Positions 46,601 through 53,194 of a DNA stretch of 64,000 nucleotides are shown here, one piece after another. Numbering within the stretch: position 1 is the stretch's first letter; every line of letters begins with the position of its first letter. Below the pieces are notes generated by a model. That model saw only the letters and a list, made by a program, of their open reading frames with translations. It was not told where the DNA came from and did no database searches. The translations under genes were made by a program, and so were the position numbers. The stretch comes from a virus (lineage: Duplodnaviria > Caudoviricetes). The stretch lies in the IMG/VR virus record IMGVR_UViG_3300032328_000934, positions 14,975 through 78,974 of that record. The stretch is one strand, 5' to 3'.

Positions 46601-48666
46601 GATCAACCGGTACTGGGAGAGCACTTGAGGATCCGTTAGACTCTGAAGGGAATCCAGTCAGTGCGTTAGTCGCACCGTCGCTGCGTGCAATGAGTCGTAC
46701 TATTTTTAACGAAGGCGTAGACTACGATGAATCTGGCAAAGAGAAGCTAAAAACTGCACAAGAGCAGGCGGTCAAGTCACTTGAACAACAGATAGTAGCG
46801 TACAGAGAACAAGAGGATTTAACGCGGCCGTTTAATTTAGCACTAAAAAGCACTTACAGTAATTTTATACAAACACTGCAAAAATCCGCGGGTGGGTATA
46901 GCGACATTATGACGTACCTTTCTCAAGGTAATCCACGTGGGTTTCTTGACGTCAGCCAGCAAATGAGCGGTTTTAATATGCAATCAATTATGCAGAACCG
47001 GATTACTACACAAAATCAAGGTGTAATGGGTATAGGTAGCGTTGCTGCAGGAACATCGGGGCCAATTGCAACCGGTAGGTCATTTAACTATGGATACACA
47101 ACTGGTCCTCAGGGTACGATTCAATATGCGAGAGACTTTATGAGGGCACCTGAGCGATCGTTGTTTAACCCGGCCGCAATTGAATCAGTTATAATGCAGG
47201 GAGTTCAGGCCAATACAGAAATCGTACAACGCAATCTTGACTTTAGCCGCAAACTCCGCGATGCTGAGTTAGCCAACAGACGCGCTATTGAAGATATTAA
47301 TCTAAACGGTATGCGTAGTTTGGAGGATATTCACCGCACATATACAAGAAATATGATACAATTAGCACAGCAATCCGAAACGTCGAAACGTTTAGGAACA
47401 GCGCAGTTTTACACCGGTGCAGTAGCAGCAAATATAGATCCAAATGAAAAAGCAAGAATCACCGCTTCGCGCGAACAAGGTCAACAAAAAGCGTCGCACA
47501 TCGAGCAGGCAGATGTAGGCACGTATCTTAAATCAAGTGACGGTATGCAAGATACAGAATTACAGAAAGCTTATGCAGAATACCAAGCGACCCCCTTTAC
47601 AAATGCTACCGTAAAAGAAGCGTCTTGGAAAAAAGTGATGGATATAGTGCAGGTTCGAAGAAGTCAGACCAAGGCCAGAATGGAGAACGCCACTGAAGTT
47701 CCGGAGCGATCTGCTGCAGAAGCGCAATTCGGTTTACTTTCTGATAATTATGATCGTGGTCAACAATATCGAAAATACGTAGATGATATGTATAACCAAC
47801 AGATGGAATTTGCAGGAAGAAGAAAGCAGTTGGGGATCAATCGCGTTGACTTAGAACGTGAGGGGGGACGTCTTCGAGAAAAAACTCCCGAGTTAGCAAT
47901 GCAGCTAGGTAAGGCACGGACTCCCGAGGAAATTAGGGCTGCTAGAAATGCGATAGAGGATAACAACGTTGCTATTCAGAAGAACAGCGAGGCACTAGCG
48001 CAGAATGCCCGTGAGTTAGAGTCAGTAACTATCACTGCCCCACTCTGGGCTGATAATTGGCGTGAGGCTGGAAAACAAATTTTAGAAAGTTCTACAAGCA
48101 CTATTTCAGGTTTGTTAAACAACTTGGAAGATTTTAATATAAATTATGCACGGCAACTAGAGGATGCTTATAAAGGCTTTAATAATGCAAAGAAAGATAT
48201 GATTAAGCAATTCACAGATGCCGCAATTGAAATTTCTCAAGCAGTTCCTGCTGAATTTGCAGGAGCGCTTAGCGCGATAACTGCGTACCAACGAATGTCT
48301 CTTAAGGCCGAAGCTTACTACAACTCGGGTAATGTTGAAGCAGCCCGATCAGTACAAAAATTAGCAAATTATAGTCTAGCTGGCTCATTGTATCCAAAGG
48401 GTAGCGTAGAGTATGACGCAATGGTAAATCAGCTTGACTCAAACGTAACAAGCATGACCGCAGAAGGAATGCGAAAAGACGATTCTACTTTAGGGCCATC
48501 CGGTTTAGGCGCGTACGGTGAAATGGGTCCTGACGGTAAGTACGTTTTGCGGGTTGTAATTAGGGGAGAAACTAAAACAACCAATACCCCTCCTCCGGGT
48601 GGTAGTCAAGGAGGAGACGGGCAAACAGGTAATGGCAGTTCAACAGTAACAGGAACCTTACAATAA
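34669..48666 (+). CDS. giant tape measure protein with embedded DUF4326-like, mucin-like and thermonuclease domains
   Basis: 4665 aa after the chaperones; tape-measure core near 44030-44500 (GASIALKEFLSGNVSSLSRRFEI); helical C-terminal part. Confidence 0.85.
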   Translation: MADEIQKATEDLKLLLQALEAVNATEKGAAQIKPVLAEIGGKEGLDAYKSVADSAEAGVYLSQLNSMIKAHEQINRLIQEQIQLTKTATESMSSKPAQGADQSWWNTVEPAQVSVQAPAPAVPAQAPAAPSRPAPVRVSRSSSEPVVLPVDHRDSTQYALVSSNTAPPLRSSVGNRPQGVSDTESIIKYISENPHLLATPAGTYDEATTKKIVYLQQLVERALKGKSNKNAEALIVNQFRSLFPVTKDSTFRQLQGSVGDRPAGMDSLEKIVQYVSQNPEQLAAVSENTHTEETVERLNSFLQGIAKTRSGRADSATRVQTVLDFRKLFPKDSSKVATQDSRAVLIDTIKSVFSHIGMADMPAIQNLPEANDQYIMDLLKDSIARVGVVNPDTGRVNVANLEVTPTPSRLVRIIRGLGRVVKQAITRRSVSTSEVDASDLSAEVITQVEDFRESDPIEEQVLADEIGGKIFKPIGNSGGGTVYARSSRFTNNKAQESLRNSIRGNKDYKENVEEIQDKVANAQGTDVTGYDASSVFPISSVQSISQSIKAQREQVNEEIVAGKFKEVEIGGRIYRLPETLANKQVAIARAAHSMSKDTSLVGRRARSDRKGGIGIYGAASIQDETINLHAAAMLEHYLSNPEEPIESSLDSQFMREVVTQELDIDQPRDANTQNALRLYAQRSIESLQSTADFAYENVAAATNPAGRTAQVNFAERTLQQKAFIEKILSAKTSREERGRMLDIPKRVLTPELQEQRNQIQKKAIQNLLDQGHSADKIKELAESYAEGTLTPEQRRPLQELIDFDTHNERTVEVEGEYEPLTIDQALTYIYGADIAAVPKFEDASIGIRRYATKVSKGLAKKGVARPARPYRTKTTFGKIMGTATNEGMYESLDDKLKKESSFEDQLSSVGLRGTERDYRDAERPGVAPDTALTGPNMTRPLMMRQEIYDLVDDFFGLSTDKNAGLLSTVNYASQLTDGKSAINTPEEIKHTYDYYADPEGLTPKDALGSLFAGAEDFRSLADTSLPIIDYAKLATKESRSEYEQSALDTIQKRNPAFAQFDEDQLKRLAAVDVTKSPKQIVRQIIEIIGKQVQEAIIRASTRILTRQMQDKALTDAAQNEDGIPGIAGFTLDQIKALANADTSELPYDPALDSSDENTRSEAMQRRDERAYEIDVINQVRRTAADAANQAESQIQSMLNDYATNGNRPRDKAQAELFDALDFFELDTFDNDLGINSAFGLIDRVIEDQTGGMSQLDFFSSTMGNAVPNSSVAVDSSEDTRKAVLEIGRTTAQEEAGRTTGVTAVRRKKDYGEEYDSNQQYAEGLIQKSKSADESKRKEALQTIAMHRAVAKQRGGDPAMWASEGLIGQEEGFSGDHVSRAIQFLNYTALQKKAAAGDTDAREEAARIDEQRALVRERALNVDETARFQYNPILGERAYITVSPSGRELLQGTPYSGQVKTANMQDEFGEDVYETGTDMNPLIDSIEKASLPTFRESGNPELYREMVLLRNPDLRAIVAQTNRQLNQIGNEDIDSDFFPSDLNDTSPGGQADQIDDMILQLLKRREEIKKKDNRDMGQTDSPILSYSAERLVGEQLGEMSTDAYNRLHINSAASLLSEQERESLTQERENLIRDTGSVRKFKPSSAKEKNRLHEINKKLAQDSATRMAMDPRFATPTGIGTPQLLEAIALTAENPDRSGVANKAIEMLAELTPEEIDFLNTLDLSDKKKREEAIKNGPTSVVNLLKKINFRDPAIKKLLASNYTLNIGEESTRRGDRTSPRNPRQAAKRSRLQLASDALAVKETDDLGAFVEPAEPKSSFKVTTNEDLIKQIRALDLDTEEGLAEAEKVVRASESETPLPEDPTLRKDIVKYLVARYVKNLSRPQSAPTQSRAGAVVKNLKGVNAVVAAERRGEGVSTLRKQGVGDAHYGNPFTLQKPQAGEVPVTSVKEAVDRYKAWLAGTADQDVKPEQRDWILSQIDAGALDDQDLLYYTQLNEPSHADALAEFVNNRKRSVPEPEVATAPAVSAPMPAPAPKAEKPKRTRTKREKPVKEVTPPPAEIVKAPEPEPIVVAPEPEPAVVAPPPISTETPKPSSTTRERMTLQERRSRLVALRLKQRHLPANSELNKKYLTLQKRKPVWYDEDDTNLEAVEEKMREDSIELGPRHNRSARIKAANKYIDSIGAQVDDSADSPQYDAISKVSMASDLETVERLESRLGLSPYKESPVVPSVATTPTPTTPPVAPSESTALARVPSTALARVLTAALATVPPSTALATVPSSTALARVVTTALATVPASTALATVPSSTALAKVITTALATVPRIATPAPTTVTAPTTPLLTGPTTTALATVPKTPAPATPATTAPPATTTALAVVPKTPAPSTAATPATPTVPPATTALAVVPKTPTPATPAPKAPIITPPPAAATASTVPLLTGPTAPAPLITFSGEPTAPLPTITVPPVAPATGPAGTSPRTPRAPRAPKPAPAPAPLITFSGAPTAPIVLPTVPPVTVTPRAPRAPRAPKPPPAPIVPFSGAPTAPLPTITVPPVAPATGPAGTSPSTAPSGGGITAPGATITVTGGTVTITGSTVTGGTGGTGGAGGSGTGGTGGTGGGGGGGFRRSNLTDMIFGQMDVLSDRTKDVIRAAPDEPARIALVQAARDRYAKLQQKALQTQIDYGSPSMILNPTVPGLVAGLDTSKNPLQDLNTMTEAVLQDQIASAVERDRIENDPTLSAADRKLELAALDASDRELNDFAAVLKKVTEDLNRFQQAVRVPNTAFGNTSGRGGGGGGGPTIRTASGKVLSEADVLALSDLESKRNLYASFQGNLPNLGSRFDSQLDLTRRTRRFADATLSQLPAVDLTGVDFMGDVAKETAANAAAAELQDAIAQIKPNTLETRPIEELAVDLSRVNEAAIKLNDVIEGAGNVDAAQSGIQNVVTATGFAERQQARSGAEIDKQSASNARNLEENMQAIVSQPGLIRRLTGGVQREGAQHVREYLRGIFGDSAEGRKATDTMFYKDQMVAYDDRGRRRNIVGASTQELQNLQARVKAESGMDVSMDDLQRTQRAMARVQQARNQSPFNDVLSYGMSKMRDLDSLGQTVMGVMNAPQTIASTISQIGDPQLRTDRIMTTARALSLSPETYTKALAAATQQQSRFGGTLSKNLEDMTSFIPISNTYGVDVGKSVQVARKLAAFDPAQGMQGASIALKEFLSGNVSSLSRRFEINRSDLSKINTGDANEMLDSLDTLLGKMGVTDKLIDDQANSLATKYDRMTGRLETMQVGFSAFAVNAMTPILEPILGDKSFLAKGALDQNLQKVVTERLKSYGDSVLSDPKTGLKTVDVFSSDFVKKLDPLLGAANDSTSTAALDFTGMTGNVSNVELYRRMGNMSDSDRRRIQQSAQMSVLMGMNQEPAILKAMRDVGGDFFSGEEFQAQRRPLGFYGQAMDAPLKRQMLDQAEKGMKLGQEGQQVEILHQVDADTYDVRMPDGKRERVRLAGVDAPEKNTKEGQQASAYARYLIGTDPNNPKNKKKTATLYSKGDRDAYGRLMGSVAVGGRDLGTALVASGSAAVYNFEGKYGEDLIAPLSALERNAANTGMGPINEQAARLGLGANSEISQTVRDKYFRDKYMSVGGLYGAVGGAIGGTILGGVNAFTALGAAGGVAGAAGVASIPVLPIAAGIAALTAAGTIGYSAYTDSKDTSAPKMRELYRLQSEEDLQKQSENVGNQLYRQAARDNQARASFEQNAKNPFQQLYAKSFNYFSPTESQKAREAFVSQYTESGKELSKYYNGLASDQKKVYELVVNDPATKQRTSVFKAIQMYQSLIYRDAEKTDIVAHTLLEQNESNYNDFASRVYDTMQASKLIETAQEYGIRTTYETPYKGTGPMEAQRTMGTVSSVMDLQQFYDLSKEQRDSVAKQLDEAINTPSWKRFATEYTDQAMEKQFAMSQQRFTTFVDNTALNSLAGMNPGQLSSSVFGFRSTGTGRALEDPLDSEGNPVSALVAPSLRAMSRTIFNEGVDYDESGKEKLKTAQEQAVKSLEQQIVAYREQEDLTRPFNLALKSTYSNFIQTLQKSAGGYSDIMTYLSQGNPRGFLDVSQQMSGFNMQSIMQNRITTQNQGVMGIGSVAAGTSGPIATGRSFNYGYTTGPQGTIQYARDFMRAPERSLFNPAAIESVIMQGVQANTEIVQRNLDFSRKLRDAELANRRAIEDINLNGMRSLEDIHRTYTRNMIQLAQQSETSKRLGTAQFYTGAVAANIDPNEKARITASREQGQQKASHIEQADVGTYLKSSDGMQDTELQKAYAEYQATPFTNATVKEASWKKVMDIVQVRRSQTKARMENATEVPERSAAEAQFGLLSDNYDRGQQYRKYVDDMYNQQMEFAGRRKQLGINRVDLEREGGRLREKTPELAMQLGKARTPEEIRAARNAIEDNNVAIQKNSEALAQNARELESVTITAPLWADNWREAGKQILESSTSTISGLLNNLEDFNINYARQLEDAYKGFNNAKKDMIKQFTDAAIEISQAVPAEFAGALSAITAYQRMSLKAEAYYNSGNVEAARSVQKLANYSLAGSLYPKGSVEYDAMVNQLDSNVTSMTAEGMRKDDSTLGPSGLGAYGEMGPDGKYVLRVVIRGETKTTNTPPPGGSQGGDGQTGNGSSTVTGTLQ

Positions 48667-48719
48667 ATCTTTAAAGCAAAATGCTGCGAGAGTACAGACT
48701 CTCGCAGCAAAGGAGGAAA

Positions 48720-49136
48720 ATGTCATACGAACTTAGTCCCATATATTTTAGTGGATACATCGGCACTAGCGGTTTTTACATGGATGCAAAAGCTAGTATT
48801 ATTTCTAAAAATACCGTAACCTTTGGGGATAAAATTGAGGCTGTAGATGGCTCTGTGCATTATTTACACAGGTCTTTTAAAGACCAGTGGAATGTAACAT
48901 GGTCGTTAATTCGTTACAACGCTCCAGTTAATTACCCGCTGGCCACAGTAGAAAAGTTAAAAACATTGTATCGTTCTGTAGCATTGTCAGGAACAAGTAT
49001 TGTAATGGGTATTGAAGGTCAGCAGTACAATGTTATCCCCGATCCTAACACATGGGCTGAGCAGTTATCCGCTAACGAGGTGTCGATGACAAGCATTCCC
49101 TACTACACTGTCAGTTTTAAATTGGTGCAAGTATGA
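48720..49136 (+). CDS. distal tail (Dit-like) protein
   Basis: First gene after TMP; AGGAGG SD before ATG 48720. Confidence 0.55.
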   Translation: MSYELSPIYFSGYIGTSGFYMDAKASIISKNTVTFGDKIEAVDGSVHYLHRSFKDQWNVTWSLIRYNAPVNYPLATVEKLKTLYRSVALSGTSIVMGIEGQQYNVIPDPNTWAEQLSANEVSMTSIPYYTVSFKLVQV

Positions 49137-50860
49137 ACTATCAACTTGGTTATCGGGTGTATATTTCCCCGGTGGGTACTAAAGTAGATATGCCCGCAAA
49201 TTTAGTACCCAGTCGCTACGTACAGGATGTGTCTATTACACATACAATGGAAACAGGTTTTACATCAGGTGTTACGCTTGGAAGAATTGCACCGCCCGAA
49301 GCAACGTTGACGTTAATTAAAAATCCTTTTAATTTGTTTACACAACGCGAGTATAATTGGCGATTAGCTAATGTACTGGTAATGTACTCAATAAACCAGT
49401 TAGATTACTACCCAGCGTTTGCTGGTTTTATAGAATCACGAGTGGAGTCTTTGACGTCAATCAGCGTACAAGCGTGCGGTTATCTAAAGTACCTCGAGTT
49501 TTATCGACATCTCACCCCTTTGTGGGAGAATAAGCCAGTTGCAACCATTGTACCTGACCCCCCGTTGCCGTATTCAAGCGTAACATGGGCCGCGTTTAAT
49601 AACTCTCAAGATCCTACAACACTCAGCGGTTCTCTTACTGGTACAATAAATACAATTCTCTGGCTTAGTGGCGGACGTCCGTTTAAGTACAAGCAATATT
49701 TAGAGGATACAGGGCAGAATCCAAGATTTTACTTTGATTGTGACCCTTCAATAATGACTCCAAAGTTTACTTGGTTAAATCAAGAAGACGTAACTGAAGA
49801 TATAACCTCTCTGTGTATTGCAGGTGGAGGCCAGATTACTCAGTCTGCAGACGGGGTAGTAAAGTTCATCAATGCACTCTCGTACACTAACAGCACTAAT
49901 AATTTTGTTTTAACTGACTCCATGTTTACTGACATGACGGTGGAAGACGAGGCAGCAGTAACTTTTGGTAAAGTAATAACCACGTTTTCCCCGCGCTATC
50001 TTGGGGCAAATAAAGCTATAGTCAATCTTTCTTTAGGTAAGTACTTACCATATGGCGAAGAGTACGAGCACGAGCTCGAGTTTTCTCAACCGGTAAGTCG
50101 TTTGACAAATAATACTTATTACGGCTCGGGTATTAGTTTTGCGGCCAGTGGCGGCTATTTCGGAATTGATGAGTTTATCACAAGTCGGGACTTTGTAAAA
50201 GCAGTTGATTACAACGGAGAGACGGCGTCGGTGTCGTTAAAAATACCTAAAGTAACTTCTGTAGTCTATCCAAAATACACTTGGGCATGGAATTCGGTAA
50301 CCGCTTCGGGTTCGTGGAGTCTAGAGGATGATGTCACTAAAACGCCGGGTCAGTTTATGAAAATTATCGTACGCAATGACGACGTCGGTCGAAGTCTTTA
50401 TTTAAGTAAATTAGTGCTATACGGTATACCGTTAGTTGCCGGTGAGCAACAAACAATCAAGCGGGATATACCATTGACGTTCAGTGGGCTAATTACCGCT
50501 GGTATTGTGCCTTCGGGCTTTAGGGAAATGCGTATGATAGAAAATTCATATGTACAATCAAAAGATCACGCAATGCGTCTGTTAAATGTAGTATCGTATC
50601 TAAGTAAAAAACCAAGACCAGTTCATCGATTTTCTAACTTAGTGTACAATCCGTTACTAAAGTTAGCGGACGTAATTACAATCAACAGTAACTTTTATCA
50701 AGTACAGGGTAAGTTTAAAGTTGTAGAAATATCTGTAGTAAACACCGGCGCCCGTATGAATATTGCTTGTGTTGATGTTACAGACTTATACAGTCGGGAT
50801 GAATTTTTTATTATAGGGCAGTCGTATCAACCGAGCGACTGTAAATTACTTTCGTGGTAA
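49133..50860 (+). CDS. tail hub/baseplate (Tal-like) protein
   Basis: 575 aa, synteny, YNPLLKLADVITI motif. Confidence 0.6.
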   Translation: MNYQLGYRVYISPVGTKVDMPANLVPSRYVQDVSITHTMETGFTSGVTLGRIAPPEATLTLIKNPFNLFTQREYNWRLANVLVMYSINQLDYYPAFAGFIESRVESLTSISVQACGYLKYLEFYRHLTPLWENKPVATIVPDPPLPYSSVTWAAFNNSQDPTTLSGSLTGTINTILWLSGGRPFKYKQYLEDTGQNPRFYFDCDPSIMTPKFTWLNQEDVTEDITSLCIAGGGQITQSADGVVKFINALSYTNSTNNFVLTDSMFTDMTVEDEAAVTFGKVITTFSPRYLGANKAIVNLSLGKYLPYGEEYEHELEFSQPVSRLTNNTYYGSGISFAASGGYFGIDEFITSRDFVKAVDYNGETASVSLKIPKVTSVVYPKYTWAWNSVTASGSWSLEDDVTKTPGQFMKIIVRNDDVGRSLYLSKLVLYGIPLVAGEQQTIKRDIPLTFSGLITAGIVPSGFREMRMIENSYVQSKDHAMRLLNVVSYLSKKPRPVHRFSNLVYNPLLKLADVITINSNFYQVQGKFKVVEISVVNTGARMNIACVDVTDLYSRDEFFIIGQSYQPSDCKLLSW

Positions 50861-50872
50861 AGGAGAACTTTA

Positions 50873-53194
50873 ATGATTTTTGCATTAGCTAATATACCTT
50901 CTGTGCTGGATGGTCAAGAACTTGCAGCGGCGGATCTTAACAACTTATCGCAGAATACTGAGATTTTAGAGCAAATAGTCAATGGCCCGGATCGACTTTT
51001 TTTAAGTAGTTGGGCATATGCGCCACCGACGTTTTTGCTTACTGTCGACCCCAACGCGCGACAAACCGACATCGGTTTTAAGTTAACTGAGATTGACGTC
51101 TGGGAAGGATCTTTTGTATACCGGGAAGGCATGCACACAGTGCGTGTTGCTTTTCAATCTTATCCTGCGTGGGAGGAATGGGGTAAAATTAAATACTATC
51201 CCGGCACGTCAACTAGTTTTAATTTTGGGGTATGTCTGTTTGCTAGCTTTAAATACATTGATGTATCTATAGAGCAGCAAATAAAAGAGCAGGCTAAATA
51301 CGCAAAATACAACTTTATGTGGAAGTATTACGAAGGCTATCAACCCGCAAATAATACTATCCCAATTGTATCCGGATTAGTAAGGAGTCACGAGGGAATT
51401 ACTTACGCAGAGTTTGATATTACTGGCATGGATTTAACCCCCGGTGAGGTCGTGCCGTTAAAGTTTAGAATAGCTGGGTACGATCAACAATACCGAGACT
51501 ACGGGAAGCTTCTTATGCATTGGCAGAGCACTTATTACTTTAGTATGATCTACGCAAATATAGCTCACCAAATTGTACCCTACACGTGGACTAATATTAA
51601 TAGTGTAGACTCGTTGAGTCAAATTAAAGAACTTGTCTCAAATCAGCAGTACTTAATTAATTATTTCCGTCTCGCCGACTATCCATTAAGAGCGTCTATC
51701 TGGGATCAAGTGTTGGGTGGTAGCAGTTTTTTTACTTTCAAAAAAGTTGACACGTTTAACGCGGATTCAGTTAGAAATTCTAATTACGGATTACTAACAG
51801 ATCGAGCATACTACTTCTTAAGCCGCTGTTCTCAACAGGCAAGATACTATATGCAAAAAAAATTCTCAATTAAAGACACTATTTCAGTTTCATACAGCGC
51901 TTCTACTAACACAAACACACGATTTACTATGCTAGGCGTGTTATCTAAGGCTGTTACAAATGCGGGGCATTATCGTTATGACCGCGATGCAGTAGAAACA
52001 GGAACGGCAAAAGATTCAGCAATAAGTCCAATTTGGATTGTAAACTATAAACCAAACGTTTTACCACCTAAAGACACTACTTCTGCGCGTGACTCGACTC
52101 GATGGAGCACAGATGACGCAGGGGGACCACAACCCAAGTTTGCTCGTACGGGTATTTTACAGACAATGGTTTCCGGCAGTAGATTTCCGGCTTCTGGTGT
52201 AACAGCTCCTGTAGGCTACAAAGATCCGGGTTATTTTTTATTTTACAAAAACACTTCATCGAACAAGGGTAACGTACAACCGGAGTTTAACGGATTCTAC
52301 TTTATTAACCCTTCCTCGTTTAATCCCGTAGCATATTATGATGCCGCCGCTACCTCAGTAATAGGGGTAAGTACAGATTACTTTGCACGTGGTGCAGAAA
52401 AAAACGCTTTATTTTTTAGTGACACATTTAATTTTAAATTTCAAAGTCAGGCTACTGTAGGTAATTCAACAAAGTTTTACCCATTAATTTACGAGGCTTA
52501 TTCTGGACTACGTAATCACGGAGAATACTTTATTCAAGACTCGGATAGTTACACTGATTTCTCTGTAGATCTAGTAGAGAATTCGACGGCTGGTACCAGA
52601 TTTTTCGGTAAAGCTAATTATATTGCTACATTCCGTCTTACTGACGTTTCTGTAAGAAACGGTTCCTACATTATGACGCCGTTTACTCGATTAAATTCCT
52701 TTGATTCTGTGTGCTACTCGGGGTTGCTTACCCAGTTAAACGGGATTAACACGCGACTGAACGCGGTAAAGAACGCTGTAGACGCTTTGGATGCGTATCG
52801 CTATATTCCCTTGTTCTGGACCAAACCTAAAAGCTTCTTAGCTCACCATGATAATCAAAGTGATTCGACGACTCCAAGCAATCAGCGTTTCTACGCTAAG
52901 CTTGAAAATAACGCAGTGTACTTTTCTAACACACGGCAGGCAGATTATTTAATTGTACGTGGACAAAATGTACAAATTGGGTGGGGTGGTTTTGATAAAA
53001 TATATCGGGATAATCCTGAGGGTGTGTGGCCAGCGGCTTTGCAGTTTGAGTATGTTAACAGTCAGTCGTTAACCGGGGACACGATAGAGACCGTTGTAAT
53101 TGGGTTGGATTCCTTGGAGGGACTAGCACACGGTGAGCGGTATTACCTGCAGGGTAAAATTATCTATGCCGCGGAGACTATGGGGGTACCTTAA
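50873..53194 (+). CDS. minor tail protein
   Basis: 773 aa, aromatic/beta-rich, synteny. Confidence 0.55.
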   Translation: MIFALANIPSVLDGQELAAADLNNLSQNTEILEQIVNGPDRLFLSSWAYAPPTFLLTVDPNARQTDIGFKLTEIDVWEGSFVYREGMHTVRVAFQSYPAWEEWGKIKYYPGTSTSFNFGVCLFASFKYIDVSIEQQIKEQAKYAKYNFMWKYYEGYQPANNTIPIVSGLVRSHEGITYAEFDITGMDLTPGEVVPLKFRIAGYDQQYRDYGKLLMHWQSTYYFSMIYANIAHQIVPYTWTNINSVDSLSQIKELVSNQQYLINYFRLADYPLRASIWDQVLGGSSFFTFKKVDTFNADSVRNSNYGLLTDRAYYFLSRCSQQARYYMQKKFSIKDTISVSYSASTNTNTRFTMLGVLSKAVTNAGHYRYDRDAVETGTAKDSAISPIWIVNYKPNVLPPKDTTSARDSTRWSTDDAGGPQPKFARTGILQTMVSGSRFPASGVTAPVGYKDPGYFLFYKNTSSNKGNVQPEFNGFYFINPSSFNPVAYYDAAATSVIGVSTDYFARGAEKNALFFSDTFNFKFQSQATVGNSTKFYPLIYEAYSGLRNHGEYFIQDSDSYTDFSVDLVENSTAGTRFFGKANYIATFRLTDVSVRNGSYIMTPFTRLNSFDSVCYSGLLTQLNGINTRLNAVKNAVDALDAYRYIPLFWTKPKSFLAHHDNQSDSTTPSNQRFYAKLENNAVYFSNTRQADYLIVRGQNVQIGWGGFDKIYRDNPEGVWPAALQFEYVNSQSLTGDTIETVVIGLDSLEGLAHGERYYLQGKIIYAAETMGVP

